A stretch of DNA of 48,277 bases, from contig JAZQVG010000167.1 in NCBI GenBank assembly GCA_045631625.1, forward strand, positions 1 to 48,277. The letters are read 5' to 3'. This document shows, one piece after another, positions 32,478 to 39,899 of the stretch (position 1 is its first letter; each line of letters opens with the position of its first letter). This stretch comes from Christensenellaceae bacterium (GTDB taxonomy: Bacteria; Bacillota; Clostridia; Christensenellales; Borkfalkiaceae). A program made the translations under genes and the position numbers. The notes under the pieces are model-generated. The model was not told where the DNA came from and did no database searches. It was given only the letters and a program-made list of their open reading frames with translations.

Positions 32478-33062
32478 TTAAAAAATCTCGTCTGGGTTAT
32501 AGTCTATACTATTACCAAAGTAATTATTACTCTCTTTATTAGAAGATAAAGAATTAGAATAAGAATTAGAGTTAGATATAGATTTAGAATTAGATATAGA
32601 AGGTAGAATATGTGTAGTATCTACATAAGATTCTACATTTGTACCTACTAACCCTTTTGCCTTTCTTTCTCTCCACCTTGCTTGTGCCAACCTTTTTTGT
32701 TCTCTTATCTTTTCAAGACCGTCTTTGTTTTGATATTGCATAAAGTTAGTCAAGCAATAAACCTTTCCTATAAGTTCTACCATTTTTTCTTTTAAATAAA
32801 ATTGCATACATAGTTCAATTTCTTCGGTATCTCTATCAAGCATAATGGCAATATCTTCATAAGTTTCAAAAGGTATTTCGTTATTATCCACTAAATAACC
32901 ATTTGCATTTCCTTTTCCTGCAAGGTCTAAAAGTTCAAACCAAATTGCCGTTAGTTTATCTCGGTAGTTTACCCCACCTATTGTTGCTCTCTTAATCTTC
33001 TTAAAAGAGTTTCCATCAAACATACCAACTTTAAGTTTTATCCATTGAACATTATCCGACAT
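32478..33062 (-). CDS. phage replisome organizer (N-terminal domain) protein
   Basis: 194 aa. The N-terminus VQWIKLKVGMFDGNSFKKIKRATIGGVNYRDKLTAIWFELLDLAGK matches the replisome-organizer N-terminal pattern. The C-terminus is an (S-x)n low-complexity tail. Confidence 0.6.
   Translation of the reverse strand: MSDNVQWIKLKVGMFDGNSFKKIKRATIGGVNYRDKLTAIWFELLDLAGKGNANGYLVDNNEIPFETYEDIAIMLDRDTEEIELCMQFYLKEKMVELIGKVYCLTNFMQYQNKDGLEKIREQKRLAQARWRERKAKGLVGTNVESYVDTTHILPSISNSKSISNSNSYSNSLSSNKESNNYFGNSIDYNPDEIF
32541..32600. repeat. (AGANNN)10 hexamer-periodic repeat; AGAATTAGA x3 and AGATATAGA x2
   Basis: AGA occupies every second triplet from 32544 to 32600. On the coding strand each one is a Ser TCT codon (SISNSKSISNSNSYSNSLSS). 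Confidence 0.85.
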
Positions 33063-33179
33063 AATTCCCTTTATAAAAATTTAACCCCTACGATACTTGC
33101 GTGGTCAGTCGCTTTCTCGTAGAGGCTATTTTTACCTATAATATTAAAACTATAACAAACGCCTGACCTCATTTATTAC
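33063..33179 (-). promoter_or_regulatory. structured ~117-nt 5' leader of the replisome-organizer operon
   Basis: There is no ORF between the promoter and the RBS. A 9-bp stem (plus-strand coordinates 33086-33094 / 33118-33126, one G-U) is present. A 6-bp long-range pairing GGTCAG/CTGACC (33104-33109 / 33164-33169) crosses that stem, as in a pseudoknot. Confidence 0.4.
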
Positions 33180-33185
33180 ACCCTT

Positions 33186-33214
33186 ATTTTATCACACCGA
33201 AAAGTGTTTGTCAA
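33186..33214 (-). promoter_or_regulatory. promoter of replisome-organizer operon
   Basis: Minus strand: TTGACA(33214-33209), 17-nt spacer, TGaTAAAAT (-10 at 33191-33186). Confidence 0.6.
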
Positions 33215-33238
33215 GGGTTTATGGCAAGATTTTGCAAA

Positions 33239-33454
33239 TTATTTTTTATTAGCACCAAATAATTCAAAAACGCATTTAGCATAGGTAATTTCATAATTAG
33301 GAACATTGCCATATTCAAGATTTATTCTTATGTCTAAACCTTGACATCTATCCATAATAATATCAAGAATTTTCTCTTTATCGTTTTTAATTCCTTCTAA
33401 AACACTATCAAGGTGAAAAGACCAATATTCTCTCGTTCCATAATTCTTTTCCAT
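33239..33454 (-). CDS. small hypothetical protein
   Basis: 71 aa with an RBS (TAGGAG). It has its own promoter. Confidence 0.6.
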   Translation of the reverse strand: MEKNYGTREYWSFHLDSVLEGIKNDKEKILDIIMDRCQGLDIRINLEYGNVPNYEITYAKCVFELFGANKK

Positions 33455-33477
33455 AATTTTTACTCCTATTTTCTTTT

Positions 33478-33506
33478 ATTATACCATATATTACCAAAAT
33501 TTGCAA
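33478..33506 (-). promoter_or_regulatory. promoter (minus strand of divergent pair)
   Basis: Minus strand: TTGCAA(33506-33501), 17-nt spacer, TATAAT(33483-33478). Confidence 0.6.
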
Positions 33507-33560
33507 TAGTTTAGCGAAAAATAAATTACAAAAATTTCACGAAAAAGTTATGCAAAAGTA

Positions 33561-33589
33561 TTGACAAAGTATTTTTTATGTGCTACAAT
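33561..33589 (+). promoter_or_regulatory. promoter (plus strand of divergent pair)
   Basis: TTGACA(33561-33566), 17-nt spacer, TGcTACAAT (-10 at 33584-33589). Confidence 0.65.
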
Positions 33590-33619
33590 GGTGGTACAAA
33601 CTAAAAAGGAGAAACGAAA

Positions 33620-34342
33620 ATGAAAGATATAAAGAAACAAGCGAAAAGGCTTGAACAACCGAAAAAGCCAACGGATAAAGAAATCGTGAAAAAGAATAAC
33701 GACAACGTAAAAGAACTCAATAGGCAATTAGAAGTGGTGGCTCAAAAGTTCATAGAAAACCCACAACCGTTTTTTGCGGAAAGAGAGAAAGAAGTTGCCG
33801 AAGTAATTGAAAAGTATGGCGATTTGCAAAACCAAGACTTGCAAGAAGGAATTATAAGCAAGAAAGATTATGCGATACAACTTTCAAAGCACCTTATCAA
33901 GCCGTTTATCAAAAATGCAGGTAGTGTAAAGGCAAAGCACACACCACACTCAATCAAAATGGTTAGCGATTGGTATTGGGAAAATATCGTTCTTAAAGTA
34001 AACGAAACTACACAATTCGTGCCAAGCATTTACCACATTTGCAAATTGTTAGGTATTAGTTATACGGCTTTACGAAACTATGCAAACGAAGGCAGTCAAG
34101 AAATGCGAGAAACTTGCGAAATGATTAAAGACGAGTTTGTCGAATACTACCAACAAAAAGGCTTAACGAAAGAACTTAACGATGTAATGGCAATGTTCGT
34201 GCTTAAAACTTCTTTCCAACAACGAGAAAATGATGTACCACAAATTGCAGTTGTCAATGTAAATACTTCCGCACAAGAAAAAATCGACAAGTATGCAAGG
34301 CAATATGGCTTTGAGATTTGGAACGAAAATGATAATAATTGA
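33620..34342 (+). CDS. terminase-small-subunit-like HTH protein
   Basis: 240 aa with AAGGAG RBS. It has a K/E-rich N-terminus and an HTH (SIYHICKLLGISYTALRNYANEG). A C-terminal KGLTKELNDVMAMFVLKTSFQQREND segment resembles the TerS motif G....a.iFlLKn.fgw.D. Confidence 0.4.
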   Translation: MKDIKKQAKRLEQPKKPTDKEIVKKNNDNVKELNRQLEVVAQKFIENPQPFFAEREKEVAEVIEKYGDLQNQDLQEGIISKKDYAIQLSKHLIKPFIKNAGSVKAKHTPHSIKMVSDWYWENIVLKVNETTQFVPSIYHICKLLGISYTALRNYANEGSQEMRETCEMIKDEFVEYYQQKGLTKELNDVMAMFVLKTSFQQRENDVPQIAVVNVNTSAQEKIDKYARQYGFEIWNENDNN

Positions 34343-34360
34343 AAAACTTTTGAAAAACAC

Positions 34361-34389
34361 TTGACAATTACTTGAAATAATGTTAAAAT
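34361..34389 (+). promoter_or_regulatory. early promoter, TTGAAATAA-spacer family (copy 2)
   Basis: TTGACAATTACTTGAAATAATGTTAAAAT: -35 at 34361-34366, -10 TAAAAT at 34384-34389, with TGt. Confidence 0.65.
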
Positions 34390-34395
34390 TATAAT

Positions 34396-34484
34396 AGCAA
34401 AGCAAGGACAGTAGGTTGCAAACTATTGAACTTTCGCTATTCAAAGTTCTTACTTGCTTTGACTATACTTTAAGGAATAGCATT
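34396..34484 (+). promoter_or_regulatory. structured 5' leader (nested hairpins)
   Basis: Outer 9-bp stem CAAAGCAAG(34398-34406)/CTTGCTTTG(34453-34461). Inner 7-bp stem GAACTTT(34428-34434)/AAAGTTC(34443-34449). It begins at the predicted transcription start. Confidence 0.4.
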
Positions 34485-34838
34485 ATGGTAGTAAAAATCA
34501 AAGACCTTAACAATGGAAATTATGTTAGCATATTAAATGATATAGCACAAGATATGTCATTATCGGTACACTCTCGTTCTATGTTATTGTATATGTTAAG
34601 TATGCCACCCGAAACTCAATTTACGGTTAGCAAGTTAGCAATTAAAAATGGGTTTACGGATAAACGAACAAAAGCAACTATTAAAGAATTAGTTGAGCGT
34701 GGGTATATGAAGTCTATAAAAATAAAAGACGAAAAGGGCAAATTTATTAAGTTTGATTATATAGTAACTCAAAGGCAAAATCAATTTTCTCAATTAGAAG
34801 AAGATTTTAATGCTATTAAAAGTGACTTGCCTTTTTAG
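34485..34838 (+). CDS. RepA_N-like winged-helix DNA-binding protein (replication initiator-like or regulator)
   Basis: The track start (34416, TTG) is rejected in favour of the ATG at 34485 with AAGGA upstream. The pattern YVSILNDIAQD.SLS..SRSMLLYMLSMP....FTVSKLA...G.....TKATIKELVERGYM is typical of RepA_N/DnaD-type winged helices. Confidence 0.5.
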   Translation: MVVKIKDLNNGNYVSILNDIAQDMSLSVHSRSMLLYMLSMPPETQFTVSKLAIKNGFTDKRTKATIKELVERGYMKSIKIKDEKGKFIKFDYIVTQRQNQFSQLEEDFNAIKSDLPF

Positions 34839-34920
34839 TAAATACTACTCACTCTTATTAGCAATAAATAAGTATTAAATAAATAATATATTAAATAAAT
34901 ATAATAAAGGGTGTCGAAAA

Positions 34921-34944
34921 CCATTGGGTAGTTTACCCATTGGG
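34921..34944 (+). promoter_or_regulatory. direct repeat CCATTGGG x2 (16-nt period) upstream of XRE gene
   Basis: Copies at 34921-34928 and 34937-34944, about 35 nt before the start at 34979. Possible operator. Confidence 0.35.
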
Positions 34945-34978
34945 GCGGATTTGATACCTAATGGATAAAGGAGATAAT

Positions 34979-35158
34979 ATGAAACCTAATCAAATCAAAG
35001 AATTAAGGGAAGAACTTATATTAGACCAAAAGCAATTTGCGATATTATTTGGCGTATCACGAACCACTATTAGCGATTGGGAAAACGGAAAAACTAAACC
35101 ATCTTTTGCGAATATGAGAAAATTAAGAGATATGTATAATAAGCATATAGTTAAATAA
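34979..35158 (+). CDS. XRE-family HTH regulator (Cro/CI-type)
   Basis: Start at MKPNQ (AAGGAG RBS). QKQFAILFGVSRTTISDWENGKTKPS is a canonical XRE HTH. Confidence 0.75.
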   Translation: MKPNQIKELREELILDQKQFAILFGVSRTTISDWENGKTKPSFANMRKLRDMYNKHIVK

Positions 35159-35171
35159 AAGGAGTAATAAA

Positions 35172-35348
35172 ATGGCAACTGAAAAACTTTATACACTTGA
35201 AGAAACGGCAAAGCAACTTGGTGTAAAAACAAGAACTATGTATAATTATATGAGAGATAAAAAAGTTCTTGGAATTAAGTTAGGCAAATCTTGGAAAATT
35301 AAGAAAAGCGAAATTGATTATATTAAAGAAAATGGTTTAAGACAATAA
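35172..35348 (+). CDS. excisionase/MerR-type HTH DNA-binding protein (58 aa, not in ORF track)
   Basis: ATG at 35172 with AAGGAG RBS. LYTLEETAKQLGVKTRTMYNYMRDKKVLGIKLGKSWKIKKSEIDYI matches the HTH_17/Xis pattern. Confidence 0.65.
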   Translation: MATEKLYTLEETAKQLGVKTRTMYNYMRDKKVLGIKLGKSWKIKKSEIDYIKENGLRQ

Positions 35349-35360
35349 AGGAGCAACATT

Positions 35361-37169
35361 ATGAAATTTACACGACTAATTAAATTACAAATAGAGAATT
35401 TTAAAGGCATAGCAAACGGCAATTTTGTTTTCAATGGCGAAAACACCGAAATCGTAGCCGACGTTATGCAAGGCAAATCAACTATCAAAGACGCTTATTT
35501 ATGGTGTTTAGGTATGGAAATCGACAATTTCTACCCTTGCGACAAAGACAATAAAATTATCGAAGGGTTAGAAACGAAAGTTGAACTCACACTTGATATT
35601 GACGGCATTGAATATGTTTTGAGCCGTAGTGCAAAAGTTAAGTATAAAAACAAAGTGTTTGACGGCTACAAAAAAGATATGTTTGAGTTTGACCGAGTGC
35701 CTTGCAATACCACCGAGTACAAAACCAAACTTTGCGACCTTTTAGGTGTAGATAATTTTGACACCCTTAAATACTTGACTATATTAAATTATTTTAATGA
35801 GCAAGTAAATTGGAAAGACCGTAGAGCATTGATTTACGATTTATTCGTTGACAAGACTGCTATTGATAGCCTTAAAGACAATGAAAAGAATAGCCTTATA
35901 AGAAAAGAATTGTTAAAGGGCAAAACAAGTGCCGATATTAACACTATGCTTAATAGCGAAAACAATAGCCTTGTTGATAGCAAGCGAAAGAACGAAATCT
36001 TACTTGCCGACAAACAAAACGAATTAAGTGGTTTTGCGAATATTGAATATGCAAGTATTGAAACCGAATTAGAAGTCGTAGAAGGCGAAATAAAGGGCGA
36101 AGAAGATAGGGTTAGAGCAATTAACCAAGCCGACAATAAAAAGGCGTTAGAGAGCCAAATAAAGTCGTTAGAAGTGGACTTGCGAGTTGCACAAGGCGAA
36201 GATAAACTCAAAAAAGAAGAAATTGAAAGAAAAATAGGCACTTGCGAAGTAAATGTTGATTATCTTAAAGCAGACGGAGAAAGCCTTGAAAAAGACATTG
36301 AAAAGTACACAAAAGAATATAACGATTTAAAGGTTGAAGAATTTAAAAATGATATGGCTACTTGTCCTTATTGCAAGCAACCTTTACCGTTAAGTGAAAT
36401 CGAAAGTAAAAAAGCCTACTTTGAAGATTATAAAGAAAAGCAATTAGAAAACCTTAAAGAAGTTATTATTAAAGATAGGAAAGAACTTGAAGAATTAAAG
36501 CAACATTACACTTTCAAACTTGCTTTATTAGAAAACGCTAAACAAGAATTAGCCGACTTTAAACCAAACGAAAAGATTGGCGAGTTGTCAAGTAAAATTT
36601 TACAACTCAAAGAAGAACTTGCAAAGTGCGAAAACAACGTAATCGACACTTCATACCTTGAAGAACTCAAAGCAAGGCGAAACTTCCTTATCGTTGAACT
36701 TGGCAAAAAAGATAGCCACGAAAAGTTAAAGGCAAAAATCAACCAACTTATTGCCGAACAAAAAGAACTCGTAAATGTAGAAATTGAATTGGCTAAAAAA
36801 AGAAGTCAGTTAGAAGAATATACACTTGATATTATCGCATTAGTAAATGATAGTATTAACTCGCATTTTGACGGTGTTAAATTTAAGTTGTTTGAAGAAT
36901 TAACGGCTACTGCTTCAAAGTCGATAAAAGAAACGCTTATTTGCCTTAACAATGGCGTAGATTATGTCGCACAAAGCACTGGACAAAAAGCCAACTCTAA
37001 TTGCATTATCGTTAGCACTTTACAAAAAAGATTAGGAGTGAATTTACCAATTTGGCTTGATGACGCTTCAATCTTGAACTTGAAGAACGAACCAAACAAT
37101 CAACTTATCTATTTACTTAACCAAAAAGGCAAAGAGTTAGATTGTGTGAAAATTAAGGAGATATACTAA
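35361..37169 (+). CDS. Rad50/SbcC-like ABC ATPase with coiled coil and CxxC zinc hook
   Basis: 602 aa. N-terminal IENFKGI...VADVMQGKSTIKDAYLW is a Walker A variant (A instead of the first G). The central ~320 aa are K/E/L coiled coil, with CPYC (about 36362-36373) at the midpoint. C-terminal QSTGQK is signature-like and IWLDDAS is Walker B. Confidence 0.65.
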   Translation: MKFTRLIKLQIENFKGIANGNFVFNGENTEIVADVMQGKSTIKDAYLWCLGMEIDNFYPCDKDNKIIEGLETKVELTLDIDGIEYVLSRSAKVKYKNKVFDGYKKDMFEFDRVPCNTTEYKTKLCDLLGVDNFDTLKYLTILNYFNEQVNWKDRRALIYDLFVDKTAIDSLKDNEKNSLIRKELLKGKTSADINTMLNSENNSLVDSKRKNEILLADKQNELSGFANIEYASIETELEVVEGEIKGEEDRVRAINQADNKKALESQIKSLEVDLRVAQGEDKLKKEEIERKIGTCEVNVDYLKADGESLEKDIEKYTKEYNDLKVEEFKNDMATCPYCKQPLPLSEIESKKAYFEDYKEKQLENLKEVIIKDRKELEELKQHYTFKLALLENAKQELADFKPNEKIGELSSKILQLKEELAKCENNVIDTSYLEELKARRNFLIVELGKKDSHEKLKAKINQLIAEQKELVNVEIELAKKRSQLEEYTLDIIALVNDSINSHFDGVKFKLFEELTATASKSIKETLICLNNGVDYVAQSTGQKANSNCIIVSTLQKRLGVNLPIWLDDASILNLKNEPNNQLIYLLNQKGKELDCVKIKEIY

Positions 37170-38284
37170 TGCACTTAACATATCAAGAAAAATTAAAAGG
37201 TAGGAAAGTTGGTGTTGTGTTTGGCTCTTTTGCCCCACTTCATCAAGGGCATTTAGATTTAATAATGAGAGCAAAAAAAGAAAATGACGGTGGTTGCGTT
37301 GTAATTGTATGTGGCTATGACGGAGATAAAGGCGAACCTTTAATGCCACATAAAAAGCGTTATCGTTATGTAAGAGAGTTTTTTGCCGATGATGAACTTG
37401 TTTCCGTTTATGCAATTAACGACACCGAAATTAAAATTGGAAAATATCCAAGCGGTTGGGAAGGGTGGCTAAAAGAATTTAATTCTATTTGGGAAAATGC
37501 AGTATCAAATTGTTTTGACATCGAAAGAATATGGTATGTTGGAGAACAAGAATATTATAATGACCTTATTGAAAGACACGAAAAAGCAGTTCTTGTTAAT
37601 AGGAAAGAAAATCTTATTAGTGCAACAATGATACGCCAAAACCCTATAAAATATTGGGATAAAATAACTTTCCCTTTCCGTAGAGTTTTTAGTACAAATA
37701 TACTTATTATAGGAACTGCAAGTGAAGGTAAAAGCGTTTTAACTAAAGATTTAGGAAAATATTTTAATGCTCCATATAGTTGGGAGTGGGCAAGAGATTA
37801 TATGATTGAAAGTTGTTTGTCTGATTGGGAAATAGAAAGCACCGATTTTATGGCTTTTCTTGAAGGGCAATATAATCTTAATAAAAAACTAATAAATTCT
37901 CACGAAAATCACGGGGTTTTCTTTGCGGATAGTGACGCTATGACTACAAGAATGTATGCCGAACAATACGCAAAAGAAGAAAGTTGTGTTTTTACACAAG
38001 ACGAATTTGAAAAAATTGCAATTATGGCTGATGAATATACAAGAAAAAGCAAATGGGATAAGATTTATTTGCTTTGTCCTAAAGGTAAATTCGTTGACGA
38101 CCACTCTCGTTTTATGATACACGCAGGTATGGAAAAAAGACAAGCATTATTTGATATACTTTGCGAAAATATAAAAAGAACAGGTAATTGGGATAAAGTA
38201 ACTATTCTTGATGGTGGTTATTGGAAAAACTTTGAAAAAATAGTTAAAGATGTAAAGGAGATTATTGAAAATGGGAAAAATTAA
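37169..38284 (+). CDS. nadR: bifunctional NMN adenylyltransferase / ribosylnicotinamide kinase NadR (no N-terminal HTH)
   Basis: 371 aa. GVVFGSFAPLHQGHLDLI matches E. coli NadR GVVFGKFYPLHTGHIYLI. ISATMIRQNPIKYWDKI matches ISGAQIRENPFRYWEYI. The kinase P-loop IIGTASEGKSVLTKDLG matches ILGGESSGKSTLVNKLA. SDAMTTRMY matches TDFVTTQAF. Confidence 0.85.
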   Translation: MHLTYQEKLKGRKVGVVFGSFAPLHQGHLDLIMRAKKENDGGCVVIVCGYDGDKGEPLMPHKKRYRYVREFFADDELVSVYAINDTEIKIGKYPSGWEGWLKEFNSIWENAVSNCFDIERIWYVGEQEYYNDLIERHEKAVLVNRKENLISATMIRQNPIKYWDKITFPFRRVFSTNILIIGTASEGKSVLTKDLGKYFNAPYSWEWARDYMIESCLSDWEIESTDFMAFLEGQYNLNKKLINSHENHGVFFADSDAMTTRMYAEQYAKEESCVFTQDEFEKIAIMADEYTRKSKWDKIYLLCPKGKFVDDHSRFMIHAGMEKRQALFDILCENIKRTGNWDKVTILDGGYWKNFEKIVKDVKEIIENGKN

Positions 38285-38963
38285 AAATTGGTTTTATAAT
38301 GAATATATAAAAGATTGGAAGGTGTTTGATTATGTGTTTTTATTTGGTTTACTTGCCGTTCAACTTGCTATGACACCATTTATGATAGATAGTGGTTTAT
38401 CTATTGGTTGGAATATATTTACATTGTTTGCAAGTTTTATAGGAACTCTTGCTACAATAATTTGTGCAAAAGGTAAAATGAGTTATTACGTTTGGGGTTT
38501 CATTCAAACAATTATGTTCTTGATTTTCAACATAAAATTAAAATTATGGGTTGAAAGTGCCGAACAAGTTTATTATCTAATAATTATGGTTGTTGGCGTT
38601 TTTGTTTGGAATAAAAACATAAACAACAAGACAAGTTCTATAAAAGCGAAAAAGTTAAGCCCACTAAAAATGATTTTTATGATAATTGCTTTAGTTGCTT
38701 TATCGGTAGTAATTTATTTTGTAGATGTGGCTATTGGCGGAACTGCTCCATTGCTCGATACTTTAAGTTTAGCAATTTCAATAGTAGCAGGTGTGTTAAA
38801 CTCATATTGCTACAAAGAACAATGGATTTTATGGTTTGTTCTTGATGTCGTTCAAACAATTTTATACTTTGTTATTGCTCAACCTATTATGGCGGTTATG
38901 TATATTGCTTGGACTATTAACACAATCTATGGTTGGGTTAAATGGAGTGAAGTAAAAAATTAA
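38271..38963 (+). CDS. pnuC: nicotinamide riboside transporter PnuC
   Basis: The ATG at 38271 is 10 nt after AAGGAG (the track start at 38265 is TTG). About 7 TM helices. KEQWILWFVLDVVQTILYF matches E. coli PnuC ENWLLWVIINVISVVIF. The C-terminal W..N..YGW.KW motif is present. It overlaps the nadR end. Confidence 0.8.
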   Translation: MGKIKNWFYNEYIKDWKVFDYVFLFGLLAVQLAMTPFMIDSGLSIGWNIFTLFASFIGTLATIICAKGKMSYYVWGFIQTIMFLIFNIKLKLWVESAEQVYYLIIMVVGVFVWNKNINNKTSSIKAKKLSPLKMIFMIIALVALSVVIYFVDVAIGGTAPLLDTLSLAISIVAGVLNSYCYKEQWILWFVLDVVQTILYFVIAQPIMAVMYIAWTINTIYGWVKWSEVKN

Positions 38964-38988
38964 AGATTTGTATTAAAGGAGAAACATA

Positions 38989-39558
38989 ATGAAAAGATTT
39001 ATATTATTAGTATTAACAATTATTTGCTTTGCTTTACCATTCCCAAGTTGGATATATAGTATTGTCAAGACTGTACAATTTAGTGCTAATTGTGGCGATT
39101 ATATTGAACTTTCGGCAGACGCTAATTCAGTTGTTTTAGCGGAAAAACATTTGACAAGTGCAATAAATTATCTTGAAGAAAACAATCTTACGAGCGGTCA
39201 AGCAAAGTGGTTTGTAGCATATCCTAAAAATGACATTGGTTTATGGTATGAAAACTTAAAAACCGCACAATCACAATTACAAGAAATGATTAAAGACGGC
39301 AACTATACGGAACTTGAACAAAGTAATATGCTTATGAAGTTAAGGGAAACCCTTATGAATGGTGGAGAAAGCGAAAATATTACTGTGCCTTTAGCAATAT
39401 CGTTAATGCCTAACGGAACATTATTGGTTTGGCTAAATAGCGTTTTATGGATGTTTGCTTGGGCGTTAGGTGGAATTATGTGTTGGAGAACTGTAAATGC
39501 GTTTGAATATGCGTATTGTAAAAGGATAATATTCGATACAAGTCGTAGTTGTTGGTAA
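38989..39558 (+). CDS. membrane protein (N- and C-terminal TM helices), unknown function
   Basis: 189 aa with AAGGAG RBS. A signal/anchor-like N-terminus and a hydrophobic C-terminal segment flank a ~110-aa soluble domain. Confidence 0.65.
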   Translation: MKRFILLVLTIICFALPFPSWIYSIVKTVQFSANCGDYIELSADANSVVLAEKHLTSAINYLEENNLTSGQAKWFVAYPKNDIGLWYENLKTAQSQLQEMIKDGNYTELEQSNMLMKLRETLMNGGESENITVPLAISLMPNGTLLVWLNSVLWMFAWALGGIMCWRTVNAFEYAYCKRIIFDTSRSCW

Positions 39559-39572
39559 AAGGAGAATAACCA

Positions 39573-39824
39573 ATGAAAAAAACAGTTTTATCAATTAGAG
39601 ATTTTGTAATCTTGTATAATATAGTAGTTAGAGAAATAGGCTATATGGAAAGCCCAAGATTAAGTTTTTGTCTTAAGGAAGAAGAAATAGAAAAACGAGA
39701 ACAAGAATATAAAGAAAGGCTTTCTAAAAACCCTCATTACCAAGATTTATTGCGTATAAGGGAAAAACTTGGCGAACTCAATATCGAAATTGAAACGCCT
39801 AATGTGGAGATTGAAGAAAAATGA
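39573..39824 (+). CDS. small hypothetical protein
   Basis: 83 aa with AAGGAG RBS and an E/K-rich C-terminal half. Confidence 0.6.
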   Translation: MKKTVLSIRDFVILYNIVVREIGYMESPRLSFCLKEEEIEKREQEYKERLSKNPHYQDLLRIREKLGELNIEIETPNVEIEEK

Positions 39825-39899
39825 TAGATAGAACAAGAGAAATGATAAAATTAAAACAAGACGGTATGACTTATAGAGAGATAGCAAGGGGAAAGTTTT

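Noticed and set aside
33063-33179. Faint resemblance of the leader (GAAA loop, ACGCAAG) to the c-di-GMP-I (GEMM) riboswitch
   Set aside because: I could align only short fragments by eye, and the conserved GCAAA/GACGCAAAGCC architecture is not reproduced. It is kept only as an unnamed structured leader.
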